Shown here piece after piece: positions 39,869 through 53,990 of a stretch of 64,000 nucleotides of DNA (the stretch's first letter is position 1; every line of letters begins with the position of its first letter). A program made the position numbers and the translations under genes. The stretch comes from the human T2T-CHM13v2.0 reference genome, Homo sapiens. The notes beneath the pieces were generated by a model that saw nothing but the letters and a program-made list of their open reading frames with translations, had not been told where the DNA came from and ran no database searches. Location of the stretch: NCBI RefSeq assembly GCF_009914755.1, contig NC_060942.1; one strand, given 5' to 3'.

Positions 39869-41547
39869 CTTCTGACCTTTGGTTAATTGCTACTTACTGT
39901 CTAATGGGCACTGTGCTCAGGGATTTACGTACAGTATCCCCTTTAGCCTGCAAAACAACCCTGTTACAGTTTAGCCCCCTTTCATAGATGAGGCTGAGAG
40001 AAGTTACCTGAATTGCCTAAGGTCATGTGGTCTGTGAAAATCAGAGGTGGAATTTGAACACAGCTCTTCCTAACTCCAAAACCCACGATTTTAAGCCCCG
40101 CACTTATTGCCCACCATGTGATGTATACGGTCTATTCAGTTAAGAAATATATATGGAGTTCTTAACATATGCCAGAGACTATTCTAGGTGACAAAGATAC
40201 AGCAGTGAAGAATGCAGCGACTGCCCTCGTTCTAGTGTGGTTTTTGTGTGTGAAGTTGGGGGAGAGGGCCAGTTGTGATACAGGGGAGTAAGAGATGATA
40301 AATAAATACATGCCGATGCTGGATAGTGGAAACTGCCGTGGAAACATCAAGTGCTGTGAGAAGATACAGAATGATGGTGGCTTGTGGTGACAGGGTGGTC
40401 AGGTAAGACCTCCTTGGTGAGGTGTCACTGGACCAGAGTGAAGCGAGGAGCAAAGTCATTGATCCTTGGATTGGATGGCATGTGGTGGGTGGGGGTGGCA
40501 TAGAGACCAAAGGGAACAGCGGCTGCCCAGGTCTCCGGGGGATGTGTGCTTGGTGGGTTCCAGCAGCAGCTGAGAGGTCAGTGTGGCTGGAGTGAACATA
40601 TGAGTGATGGGGGAGGCAGGCAGGGCCAGAGGGTGCAGGCAGGGCCAGAGGGTGCAGGCAGGCCATGGCATGGAGGATGAATTTCCTTCTGAGTATGATG
40701 GAAAGCCTTTGAGAGTTTTTGGCAAGGAAGTTGACATAATAAAAAGGAGCCAAGAATAAAATATCCTCCCCAATGTGACACTCTCCTTATGGCCTTACCT
40801 TACATGTTCTCTGCAAGTGCATGCTCCCAGGCATAGCCCCTCTTTCCGCTGTGATAAACACCTTGTGTTTTGTTAAAAGTGACATCTTCTCTTGTCCCTC
40901 TGCTTCGGGTATGTATGTGGCTCCTATACCCAGGTATCCCAACCAGACCTCATTAGTTAACCTATAGAACTATTTATGTATCCTTCTAAGCTCAACCTAA
41001 ATGCCAGAGGTCAATTTTAGCTTAAAGTTTCCTGGCCAGGGTTAGTAAATTCCTTCCTCTGAGCTTCTATGCAATAACTATCATGCTAAAATTGAAATAC
41101 TTGCTTTTTTCTCCAATTATAAAAAAGTTCATAATACTAAAAATTGAGAAATGCATCAATTATGAAAAAAATAAAACAAAATGCCCATAATTGTCTCACA
41201 GCACGGCCATCCAGAGGCAATCACATATTGCCCTGTTGTCTTCTTTTTTACTATGTGTATATTATATATGTTATTCTGATTATTTTTTCTCCATTTAACC
41301 TTATGCCATAAACATTTTCCTGCTATTGAAAACCTTTTATTGTGGAAAATTTCAAAGACATAAAAAGTATAGAGAGTAGTGTAGTGAATCCTCATGTACC
41401 CATCACTAAGTTTCAACAACTAACAACTCATGGCCAACCTTGTTTTCTTTATACCCCCAGCTACTTCTTCCCTTGGGATTATTTTGAAGCAAATTTCTGA
41501 TATGTCATTTCAATTGTAAACTTTTCAATATATATGTTTAAAACAAT

Positions 41548-42280
41548 GGCTCTGAACTAATGGTGATTTGCCACCCAGGGGATATATGGCAATAGATAGA
41601 GACATTTTTGGTTTTTACAACTGGGAATGAAGTGGGGGTTGCTCCTGGCATCTAGTGGGCAGAGGCCAGGTATGCTGCTAAACATTCTATAATGCACAGC
41701 AGGGATCCCCAACCTGTCCATGGCCTCTTAGGAACTAGGCTGCACAGCAGGAGGTGAACGGTGGTCAGCAATTGAAGCTTCATCTGTATTTACATCCCCT
41801 CCCGACTGCTGGCATTGCTGCCTGAGCTCCACTTCCTGTCAGATCAGCAGTGGTGGCATTAGATTCTCACAGGAATGTGAACCCTATTATGCAAACCCTG
41901 TTAAACTGCACATGTGAGGGATCTAGGTTGCATGCTCCTTATGAGAATCTAATGCCTGATGATCTGTCACTGTCTCCCATCACTTCCAGATGGGACCATC
42001 TAGTTGTAGGAAAACAAGCTCAGGGCTCCCAATGATTCTACATTATGGTGAGTTGTATAATTATTTCATTATATATTACAATGTAATGATAATAAAGTAC
42101 ATAATAAATGTAATGTTCTTGAGTCATCCCCAAACCATTCCCCTCCTGGTCTGTAGAAAAATTGTCTTCCATGAAACCTGTCCCTGGTGCCAAAAAGGTT
42201 AGGGACCAATGGTGCACAGGACAGCTCCACAACAAGGAACTATCTAGCCCAAAATGTCATAAGTGCCAGGGTTGAGAAAT
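41548..42280. mobile_element. MER20 split by a nested MER1A (41700-42211)
   Basis: MER20 halves flank a MER1A with TIRs cagggatcccc / gggaccaatg and 8-bp TSD ATGCACAG/GTGCACAG. Confidence 0.85.
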
Positions 42281-42494
42281 AACCACTCTAAAAGGGTTCT
42301 ATTTAAAAACTTTTAGTATTATATGGATACAGAAAATTCGCAGATCAGAAGTGAGCAGCTCAATTCATGTCCATGAACTGCACACATCCAGATCAAGATA
42401 CAGAACACGGTCAGCATTCCAGAAGCCACACTGATGTCTCGTTCCCGTCACTGCCTGCCCCGAGGGTGGCTGTTATTCTGATTTCCAATAGCAT

Positions 42495-43240
42495 ATTGCC
42501 CAGTAAAGGATTCACTCAGCAGGTCTGTGTGGTCTAAACCCTGCACATTCCAAGGAAAAGTTTGTCTCTTGCCCATTTCCTAGGAGATAACCTGTAAACC
42601 TTTGGAATATTGGGCCTGATAAGAGTGTCTTTTTATATCAGAGGCTTTGGGCCACACTAGATATTTATGCTAACAATGTGATTTGTAGTGGGGCCTTGGG
42701 CCACAGGGTATCAACTTGACCTCTGGAAGGGCTAGAAACTGAAGACCGGCCAAGTGGAGAATTCAGCCATACCTATGTGATCAACTTCCAATAAAAGTCT
42801 TCAATACCAAGGCTTGGATGAGTTTCCCTGGATGACAGTACTCTGTGTGAGTCATCACGCATCCCTGCTAGGAGGAGTAAGCACTCTCTCTGCTACCGCA
42901 CTGATAAAGACAATGGAAGCTTGTGCCTGGTCTCTCCTGGACTCCTCCCCATGCACCTTTTTCCTTTGCTGATTTGATTATTATTATTATTTTAGTAGAG
43001 ACAGGGTCTTGCCATGTTGCTCAGGCTGGTCTCAAACTCCTGGGTTTAAGTGATCCTCCTGCCTAAGCCTCTAAAGTGCTAGGATTACAGGTGTGAGCCC
43101 CCATGCCCCGCTCCTGATTTTAATCTATATATTTTCAGTGCAATAAACTGTAACTCTGAGTAAACAGCTTTCCTGAGTTGTGAGTCCTTCTAGTGAAACT
43201 TTGACTCCGAGGGTGTCTTAGGGGACCCTCAAATACACAC
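42495..43240 (+). mobile_element. ERVL-class LTR (MER68/MER77-like) with an inserted Alu monomer (about 42978-43112)
   Basis: cagtaaaggattcactcagcagg...aaaccctgcacattcc start; AATAAA at about 43142; antisense FLAM-like segment. Confidence 0.55.
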
Positions 43241-43405
43241 ATTAATTTTGAAGGCCTTTATTTTGAAGCTTAAGCACAATACCATTATTGCACCTAAAAA
43301 CTTAATAATTTCTTAATATTATCAGATATCCAGTCAGCATTCTCCAGTCAGATTTCTCTAACTTGTGATTTTTTAGGAAAAGTTTGTGAGTCACGATTCA
43401 AATAA

Positions 43406-43892
<487 letters not shown>

Positions 43893-45000
43893 ACATATCC
43901 TGTTTTCTGTATTTCCTGTTTGATCTAGAGGCATAATCAAATTCAGATTCAACTTTTTTGGCAAATACTTAGTCATTTTTGGCTACCCTTCCTATTTTAG
44001 GGGACACATTTCTAGTTTTGTCCCCGCCTTTCATTCCAGAACCTGAAAAGGGAGCAGATGTTCCAGGGAAGCCAATTCCTGGACGTATGTCCTTGGCTGG
44101 GCCAATCCGACACTCCCTCCAGTCTCTGAATCTGAAATGAGTGGCACAAAGAAACAGGCAAGAGCTGAAGACTCATTCCCGGGTGGCAGCAGTGGCCAGA
44201 CGAGCAACAGTATCCTGACCTACTCTTCTTGTGATGTGATTTTGAACTTTTGACTGTGATTCCAGCTGCCCAGACTCCCCTGACCCTGCCCATGCCCCAG
44301 TCCTATCTGTCCAGTCAGAGGTGGATTCTGTTGTTTGCAACCAAATCTGACCCCTGATGAGTCTACCTTCCAATGTGATGGTTCTGAAGAGAGCTGTTCT
44401 ATTTTGATGTATAACTTCTGGTATGTTTTGTCCAAAGATCTGTCTCTCTACCTTATGGCCACAACTCTGAGATTTCCATATGTTTTTTGACTGATGATAA
44501 CCTGTTTATTTTGCATATAGTAGAATCTCACCGCTGTAACTCAAAATGCTGGTGGCAAAGGCAGTCTGACTCAGTGAGATGACAGGAAAATCAAAGACAT
44601 TGAAAAGCATATATATGAGAATAAATTCTCTCTCTATAGAGAGAGTATACATATGTGCGTACATATACTTTATACAGACTTGTATGTGTATGCACAGGCA
44701 TGTATTTATATATAGTAATAAGAGGATACATTCTAGTATATATCAGAGTACTTATTGTAAATGCCAATAAAAGGGCATATTGATAAAGGAAGTTGACAAA
44801 GAATGAGGATTCATAATAGGCTTACATTTTATATTAAGGCGTCATGCATTGTATTTAAAGTACTTTTCTAAATTAAAACAACTCATCACTAGACGTAGTG
44901 ATGGTATATTTAAAAATTTGCATCTTACTATGCCTCTAGTTTAAAGGTGTTGTAAGATTGCAGATAAGTGGTAAAATATCTGAAAAAAAGTTACAGAAGA

Positions 45001-46995
45001 GGGTGGCTGGCAAGATGGCCAAATAGGAACAGCTCCAGTCTGCAGCTCCCAGCAAGATCCAATGCAGCAGGCGGGTGATTTCTGAATTTCCACCTGAGGT
45101 ACCTGGCTCATCTCATTGGGACTGGTTAGACAGTGGGTGCAGCCCACCGAGGGTGAGGTGAAGCAGGGTGGGGCGTCGCCTTAGAAAACCCCATCATCTC
45201 ATCCCAAAATCTCCTTAAGCTGATAAACAACTTCAGCAAAGTCGCATGATACAAAATCAATGTGCAAAAATCACAAGCATTCCTATATACCAATAATAGA
45301 CAGAGAGCCAAATCATGAATGAACTCCCATTCACAATTGCTACAAAAAGAATAAAATACCTAGGAATACAACTTACAAGGGATGTGAAGGACCTTTTAAA
45401 GGAGAACTACAAACCACTGCTCAAGGAAATAAGAGGAGACACAAACAAATGGAAAAACATTCCATGCTCATGGATAGGAAGAATCACTGACTTTCTTCAC
45501 AGAATTAGAAAAAACTACTTTAAATTTCATATGGAACCAAAAAAGAGCCTGTATAGCCAAGAGAATCCTAAGCAAAAAGAACAAAGCTGGAGGCATCATG
45601 CTACCTGACTTCAAACTATACTACGAGGCTATAGTAACCAAAACAGCATGCTACTGGTACCAAAACAGAGATATAAACCAATGGAGCAGAACAGAGGCCT
45701 TAGAAATAACACCACACATCTACAACCATCTGATCTTTGACAAACCTGACAAAAACAAGCGATGGGGAAAGGATTCTCTATTTAATAAATCGTGTTGGGA
45801 AAACTGGCTAGCACTATGCAGAAAACTGAAACTGGACCCCTTCCTTACACCTTATACAAAAATTAACTCAAGATGGATTAAAGACTTAAATGTTAGACCT
45901 AAAATCATAAAAACCCTAGAAGAAAACCCAGGAAATACCATTCAGGACATAGGCATGGGCAAAGACTTCATAACTAAAAACACCAAAAGCAATGGCAACA
46001 AAAGCCAAAATTGACAAATGGGATCTAATTAAACTAAAGAACTTCTGCACAGCAAAAGAAACTATCATCAGAGTGAACAGCAACCTACAGAATGGGAGAA
46101 AATTTTTGCAATCTATCCATCTGACAAAGGGCTAACATCCAGAATCTACAAGAAACTTAAACAAATTTACAAGAAAAAAAACCCCATCAAAAAGTGGGCA
46201 TAGGATATGAACAGACACGTCTCAGAAGAAGATATTTATGTGACCAACAAACATATGAAAAAAAGCTCATCATCACTGGTCATTAGAGAAATGCAAATCA
46301 AAACCACATGAGATACCATCTCATGCGAGTTAGAATGACAATCATTAAAAAGTCAGGAAACAACAGATGCTGGAGAGGATATGGAGAAATAGGAATGCTT
46401 TTACACTGTTGGTGGGAGTGTAAATTAGTTCAACCATGTGGACGACAGTGTGGTGATTCCTCCAGGATCTAGAACCAGAAATACCATTTGACCCAGCAAT
46501 CCCATTACTGGGTATATACCCAAAGGATTATAAATTATTCTACTATAAAGACACATGCACATGTATGTTTATTGCAACACTATTCACAATAGCAAAGACT
46601 TGGAACCAACCCAAATGCATATCAATGACAGATTGGATAAAGAAAATGTGGCACATATATAACATGGAATACTATGCAGCCATAAAAAAGCATGAGTTCA
46701 TGTCCTTGGCAGGGGCATGGATGAAGCTGGAAACCATCATTCCTAGCAAACTAACACAGGAACAGAAAACCAAACACCGCATGTTCTCACTCATAAATGG
46801 GAGTTGAACAATGAGAACACATGGACACAGGGAGGGGAACATCACACACCAGGGCCTGTGAGGGAGTGGGGGGCTAAGGGAGGGATAGCATTAGGAGAAA
46901 TACCTAATGTAGATGATGGGTTGATGGCATGTGTATACCTATGTAACAAACTTGCACATTCTGCACATGTATCCCAGAACTTAAAGTATAATTTA
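45001..46995 (+). mobile_element. Internally deleted L1PA (180-bp 5' UTR joined to the last third of ORF2 and 3' UTR)
   Basis: Starts GGGTGGCTGGCAAGATGGCC; junction gcgtcgcct|tagaaaacccc at about 45181; ORF2 fragments ([26 protein letters not shown]); TSD about aaaaa(g/a)ttacagaaga. Confidence 0.9.
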
Positions 46996-47849
46996 AAAAA
47001 TTACAGAAGAAAAAATGTGTAATTTTTTAGGCAGTAAGAAACAAATACCCAAAAGCTGAATTGTTAAAAATTCCAAATTTAGTGGGATTTTAATTCATGT
47101 GCTACACTCCCCATCTATTCAGGTTATCCTTGTATGGGAAGAGTCACATTAAAGATACTTGAATGGAATTAAGTAGAGACTTAAAGGTGCAGAGATTTGT
47201 TTTGAGTGACGGGATTCCTTGGTTTCCACACCTTTAGAGCACAGGCCCATGTGTGGCCTCTCAGGGTATTCTGCCAGTTTCCTTTGCTTCTGCCCGTCTC
47301 AATCTTAGCATCCACATTTCTCTGTGTTTCTGTCCAGTCTCCTAGCCCACTGCTTTCCTTCCCACTATCCAGCTCAGAATTTATCTCCAACTTTTTGCCC
47401 CATGCATTTGGCCTGACACAAAGTGGTGTGGCCTTTGACTTGGCCTGGGGACATGCACATCATTCCCTGTTTCCACCCATTCTCAGACGCTGCCCTGGCA
47501 AGGGAATGTCATGCAAGATGTCTTGCTTATTAATCTTAGGGACACTTATGCCATAAAAAAAAAGGTGATTTCATCACACGCAACTTTTGTTCTATCTAGA
47601 AAGTCATGAAATAGCCTTACATGCTAAGTTTTGGAGTTTTATTATTTCACCTTTAATTGTACTTTTTCTGTTTTTGTTTTGTTTTTTTTTTTTGATTTTT
47701 GTTTTTTGGTAATTCACGTTTATAGAGGTATAATTTAAATACAGTAAAATTCTTCTAAGGTGTTACTTTTTTGCATTTTGACAAACACATACAATCATGT
47801 AACCTCCACCATAATCAAAATTTCTATCACCCCAAAGTTCCTTCCTACC

Positions 47850-48440
47850 TGAGAAATAAAAATAAAATTCTAAGCCCCATCTGACTGAATGGACCCCCTA
47901 TTGGAAAGGGGGATTGCAGAGAAACTTTGGAAGCTGAGTTCCCAGCAATGACAGAATAGGGAGGTTGGGGAGGCCTCATTATACCATCTCCCACCCTAAC
48001 CACCATTAGACTTTCTTCCCTAAGGGCCACACAGAAACCAGCCCTTTCAGAACCCTCCACACTGATAATGTCCATTACCAGCTTATCTTCCCAGGTACAG
48101 AATAAAGACAAGAGGAGATTAATTGTTCCTTCACCCCTCCCTGAGATGTCCACATCCTCTCTTCCCTTTTTCTTCCAATGTTCAGCTTGTCTTATGTAAC
48201 ATGTAGATTTAGTGGCACTAACTAAAGTCTCACAAGCATGTAACCATTTGTCTCACTGCCACCTCCACTTTTTTTTTTAAAGGAAAATGTATAAAATACT
48301 AAGCCTCCTGAGAATCTCTTTGGGAAAAAACAGACACAGATGCATCTGTGACTCTCCTTCTTCTCTGGGCCTACCCTCAAGCTGGCTCGATAAACCTCAA
48401 TGGCTGAGACTTACATCTGTCACTCATTTTGGTTTTGTCA
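47850..48440 (+). mobile_element. MER4-group ERV1 solo LTR in an L1M fragment
   Basis: TGAGAAATAAAAATAAAATTCTAAGCCCC...TTGTCA with TSD TACC on both sides. Confidence 0.78.
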
Positions 48441-48566
48441 TACCCTTTGCAGTCAATCCCCTTCCCCTATCCCCAGTCACCAGTGATCTGTTTTCTGTCC
48501 CTATGGTTTTGTCATATACATGGAGTCATACAGTTTATTACCTTTTTATTGCTGAATAGTATTCTT

Positions 48567-48888
48567 TTATTTTTTATTTATTTTATTTTTTTAAGACAGT
48601 CTCATTTTGTAACCCAGGCTGGAGTGCAGTGGCACCCTCTGCTCACTGCAACCTCCACTCACTGCAACCTCTGCCAACCAGGTTAAAGTGATTTTCCCAC
48701 CTCAGCCTCCTGAGTAACTAGGACTGCAGGCACCCGCCAGTATGCCGGCCTAATTTTTATATTTTTTGGTGGAGACAGGATTTTACCATGTTGGCCAGGC
48801 TGGTCTCAAACTCCTGACCTCAAGTGATCCACCCACCTCGGCTTCCCAAAGTGCTGGGATTACAGGCATGAGCCACAGCACCCAGCCT
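48567..48888 (-). mobile_element. Alu
   Basis: Antisense Alu; TSD tgaatagt(a/g)ttctt. Confidence 0.9.
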
Positions 48889-50077
48889 GAATAGTGTTCT
48901 TAATTGTCTTTAAGACAATTATTTTTCTCAGTGGCAACATTAGCTTTGAAATTCTAATGGAAACCAATGGGAAATGTTGATTCAGGCTAGAAACATTTGC
49001 CTTAGAGACCACTTTCAAGAACATATCAATTTCATTATGTGAAAGCATACCTGAATTCAATATTATTTATTGGTCTATACATATTATTCATCAATGTGAG
49101 AGACCAGGCCTAGCCAAACTAATAATATCCCTTGGGAATTTTTGCCATACTACTCCCCTCATTCCCAGCCCAGGTGGAGAACTACAGACATAAATGTTTC
49201 AATGCTATGCTTACTGCTAGTGTTTAATCAGTGCTGCTGCTTGTGGGTGGGGATAAGACCAAGGACAATTGGATCTGCATAGAAAATTAGTGTTTCTAGG
49301 GCACCTGTAGCATAGGTTGATTGGATTCACCTCACCCATATGAATCAGTAGCCATTAGTTTGGTGAAGAGAGGAAAGTAATCATTCCAGGCAGGCATGTG
49401 CAAAGGTCCTGTGGCATTATGCTGCACCAGATTAGAGTGGTCTCAGGGCTGACATTCAACTGTTTGCACTGGTCAGACCATCAGGATGTCCAGTATTTAC
49501 TCTGATAGAGCATGTGCCTTGCCAATTGTTAAATATTTTCAAATATCCCTGCTGAAGGTACTCTATGGCCAGCTAGCCTCAGGCAGTTAGGCTATTGCAT
49601 ACTTGAGTCCTGCTAGAAGCAAGGGTCAGAGGGAAGGCACTCGAACTCAGAGATCCTGTCCCTCAAGTGCATACTGGACTGAGCTATCCGGTAAGACTTC
49701 CTAGAGAAGCTAGGCCTTCACAGCTTAGCAGTAGTAAGTGCCATGGACAAAATTTGAGTCCCCAGAGTCCTTTTCCTGGAACCACCAAGAAAACAAGCTG
49801 AACCCAGACCACTTCTGAAAGTGCCTAGCATAAAGCAGGTGGTCATTAAATATTCATTGACCTGCTGACTGGCAGAGGACACTCAGACATCCCTTTTATT
49901 TACTTTTCTTCTGAAGTTGTATCTCTAGTTAATGCCTGTTTTACTTAACAGTCTAGGTTTGGCTCAACGGAATTCCATCTGGATTTCAAATATTTAGAGA
50001 TTATCTAATCCAATGCTAATTTTACCAATGAGAAAGAAAGTAATTTGGCTAAAATAGACAACTAGTCCGTGGGCATA

Positions 50078-50432
50078 TGATATGGTTTGGCTCTGTGTCC
50101 CCATCCAAATCTCATCTTGAATTGTAATACCCCGTGTCGAGGGAGGGACCTGGTGGGAGGTGATTGGATTATGGGGGTGATTTCCCCCATGCTGTTCTCA
50201 TGATAGTGAGTTCTTATAAGATCTGATGGTTTTAAAGTGTTTGGCAGTTCCCCGCCACTGCCCCTACCACTCTGCCCCTGCCGTCTTGTGAAGAAGGTAC
50301 TTCCTTCACCTCTCCAATGATTGTAATTTTCCTGAGGCCTCCCCAGTCATGTGAGTCAATTAAACCTCTGTCCTTTATAAATTACCCAGTTTCAGGCAGT
50401 TCTTTATAGCAGTGTGAAAATGGACTAATACA
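50078..50432 (+). mobile_element. THE1D/MSTA-type solo LTR
   Basis: TGATATGGTTTGGCTCTGTG...GGACTAATACA; TSD GCATA/GCACA. Confidence 0.88.
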
Positions 50433-51510
50433 GCACACCTGACTAGAACTCAAGTTTACCAATTCAAAGTTAATGCACTCTCCTGTTTTAATAAAAACAA
50501 ACACTCCTTCTGCCCCCCCACCCCCCAAAAGAGAAAAATGTGTTTACGTTCTTGGAAGCAAGACTGATTAAATTGCTGGGTTTGGATTTCAGTTCAGTAA
50601 GGTCATGGTTTGGCCTATAGCAGCAAGTAAATATTTCAGATAAAGCAGATATAAAATGTAAGAGCCCACACACCTCTGGAAACTTCAGTACAACTTCGCA
50701 GAGCAGGCTGATGTCCAATAATTTTATGATGCCACTGTTGGGGCAGGCCCTCAGTCTATTGCCAGGAGCTCCCCTGGATCTGGGAGGATGTGCAGAAGGG
50801 TCCTGATGCAGCTCACTGATTTTCTAGGATAAAGAAATTGAAATAGGATTAGGCTGGGAGAGGCTTATCTCAGTGCTGCTAGAATGTTCTTTCCTGCATA
50901 AACGACTTCCTTTTATTATATTTTCCTCCTACACTGGTAGAATAATTTACAGAATGTTATGTGTCTAGTTTTTGTGACAGAAAAATGGGCGACAGCTCTA
51001 ATTTCAGCGGGTGGGGAGAAAGGCTTCAGAGTGCTTCCCGGATTCCTTGCTGAGAATTTTTGCAGTCTAATTAGGGTAAATTACATAAAATGCAATTTGG
51101 ACTGGGCTGCCTTCTCACTAAGGTAACTTAGACTTTCAAAATGGAGAACTAGAAATGAACAGATTTTTTAAAAAGCTTTTACCATTTTTGAATTAACAAA
51201 ACATTAAGTGAATGAGGATCGGCCCTTAAAATCCTCTGAATGGAAAGTGCCTCCCTCTGATGTCTTTGATGAACCCATCCTCTTAACTGGTGGCTTTGTG
51301 TTCAGTTCGACCAAAAGTGAATAGTAAAATAGTTAGGGGCCTTGTTTTGTCATCTGACATTTAAACAGAATTTGCAGGTGCTGGAGAATCTCTAGAAGAA
51401 CAATAGCATTCAGGCAGGGAGTCTTGCTCATTGTTGAAGAAATGCCATGGCAACATCTCTGTGAAGTTGCTTGTGGGTGGATGGGACTGTGCCAACCTCC
51501 AAGTTCATGC

Positions 51511-51531
51511 TGTGTGTGTGTGTGTGTGTGT
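51511..51531. repeat. (TG)10 microsatellite
   Basis: Direct reading of the sequence. Confidence 0.9.
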
Positions 51532-53026
51532 TTCACATGGATCACCCTGTCTTGTAAATCCTCATGTAAGGATATATATTTAGTTATATATCCTTATATC
51601 AGCCACCCAAAGAAGCTTCTAATTTGTACTTCAAGCTAAGAACAAAAAGTAAAATCAAATAAATTAATCAGTGAGGGGGACCGAAAAGAGCCTGCACTCA
51701 AGCCTATGCCATACAAATGAAGCTAAGAACGAAAAAGCAGTTCATAGCTTGGAGAGCTCTAGAGGCATATAATTTAGGTGGAGGTATTAGGAACAGGAAG
51801 AGCTCTAACAAGCCAGAATTTTGAGAGAGATTTGGATTCTTTCTGCAGGTAGAACAAAATTTAAGTCTTTTTTCAATTTGGTAATTTAGTTTTGATTACC
51901 AAAGAGTCAAAGTAACTAAAATGTTCACAATGTAGTGGTGCCAGTATGCGCCATTGACTGTGTTCTGAGAATTTATAAAATATCCTTTACCTGTTTGGCT
52001 GAAGACCAAGAAAGGGTTGAAGATGAGCTGGGGATGGTGGGTGAACAAAACTAGGAAGAATGGAATAAACATTTACTAGTCTGCTTCTCTATGCCCAAAA
52101 TTCTGATGTCTGCTTTACATATATGCTTATTTTATTCTTCGCTACCAGTCCTTGAATAGTTGGAGAAAGAACTTTTCTGTCACACATTTATTAGACAAAT
52201 GTGCTTATAATGCCCCAGGCACAGGAGTAGTCTCTGAAAATAAAATGTTGACCCAAACAGGTATGGCTCTTGCAGTCAGGGAGCTTATATGCTAGAGGGG
52301 ATATCTTCATTGATAAAATAGTCACACAAACATGATTAGTAATGGGAATGGGAGGTAAATGGCACTATGAGAATACTTAGAGATGGATCAGGGAAGGCTT
52401 CCTTAAGAAGCACAATTGAGCCAAGATTGTAAGAATGAATAGAAAATAAGTAAATAAAGTGAGAAGAAAGCATGTTTTAGGCAGATGGAGGAAAGAATAT
52501 GTGTAAAGGCATGTAGCAGAAAGAAACGTAGCTGATATGAGAGAATAAATGATAGCTAATTTGTTACTCTGGGTTCCAAACTGGAAAAAAAAACAGAAAA
52601 AATTCTGGCCAATTTTTGCTGAAAAGGAATTTATTAAAAGATTGGATAGCATACAGAGATCTTGGAGTACTGAAGAAGCAAGTCCAGTAACCATGTCTGA
52701 AATAATTTCATGGAGCATGTGCCATGAAGTTATCATTAAAACTGGCATCATTGGTACCACCAATTTAGGCCTACTTCTAGCCCCAAGTGGAAGATTTTAG
52801 CCATAACTCTGAAGAGTCTTGAAGTAAAATCACACTCTCCTTAGAAAGTAACTATTCTCCTTTTGAAAAATCATTCCTGGATTGCTACTAGATGTCAATA
52901 GAGATTGAGTTCCTAGTCACCAAGTGACATAGCGTGTGAGTTTCTCTTCACTGACTGGGTATTTCTGATATTCCAAGCAATAAGGCAGATGTGCCCAATA
53001 GCACTCCATCAGCAAGAAGAAACAAT

Positions 53027-53990
53027 ATGTGATAGTAAATCTCCAAGACAGCTCCCAATGATCTTCGCCTCCCAGTATCCATGCTTCATGTAGTCCCCAT
53101 CTCCCACATTGTATCAGAACTGGTCTGGGTGACCAATAGAATACAGCAGCAGTGATGGTATGTAGCTCCAGAAACTAGGTTATAAAAACACTACGGTTTC
53201 TGCCTTGCTTTCTCTCTTGGATCACATGTTCTGGCACAAGCCGGTTTGCCATGTTATGATGACACTCAAACAGGCTATGGAGAGGCTGAACTGAAGATCT
53301 TGCCAGTAGCCAAGGAGGAACCAAAGCCTCCTACCAGCAGCTATGTGAGTGAACCACCTTGGAAGTGGATCTTCCAGCACCAGTCAAGCCTTCAGATGAT
53401 TACAGCCTTGACTGACACCTTGATTACAGCTTTGTAGAGAAACCCTGAGCCACAACCACCCAGCTAACCCACTCCTAGATTTCTATCTTTGTTTTCTGCT
53501 GCTACAATAATACTACAGACTGTGAGGGTGGTGACAATAAGATTAGCTGTGCTCAGTTTCCAGCAGTTGCAACAATAATTTATAAACAATAAAAGGTTAT
53601 TTGACTCATGATTCTAGAAGCTGGGAAGTCCAAGAGCAAGGTGGTGGCATCTGGTGAGGGTCATCCCATGGTGGAAGGTGGAAGGCAGAAGTGAGTGCAC
53701 AAGACAGAGAAAATAGGACCAAATTCATTATTTTTATCAAGAACCCAACTCGTAACTAATCCACTTCCATGACAATGGCATTAATCCATTCATGAGGGTG
53801 GAGCCCTCATGGCCTAATCACTTCTTAAAGGTTCCGCCTCTTAATACTGTTACAACAGAAATTAAATTTCAAGTTTTGAGTTTTGAAGGGGACACTCAAA
53901 CCATGGTAGTGACTCTTAAAAAGTATGTGAAATAATAAATGTTTGTTGCTTTAAGATACTACGTTTTGGGGTAGTTTGTTATGCAGCACC
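53027..53990. mobile_element. MLT1 LTR with a nested antisense MST/MLT1A-like LTR (about 53490-53850)
   Basis: MLT1 motifs (ccagtcaagccttcagatgattacagcc; gttatgcagca) interrupted by ctgggaagtccaag...gggacactcaaaccat. Confidence 0.6.

Noticed and set aside
40612-40665. 19-bp tandem repeat and 173-aa ORF (40232-40753)
   Set aside because: Local slippage duplication in a decayed L2-like element; no splice or coding signature.
45315-46807. L1 ORF2 fragments as a functional protein
   Set aside because: Frameshifted, and lacking the endonuclease and most of the RT domain.
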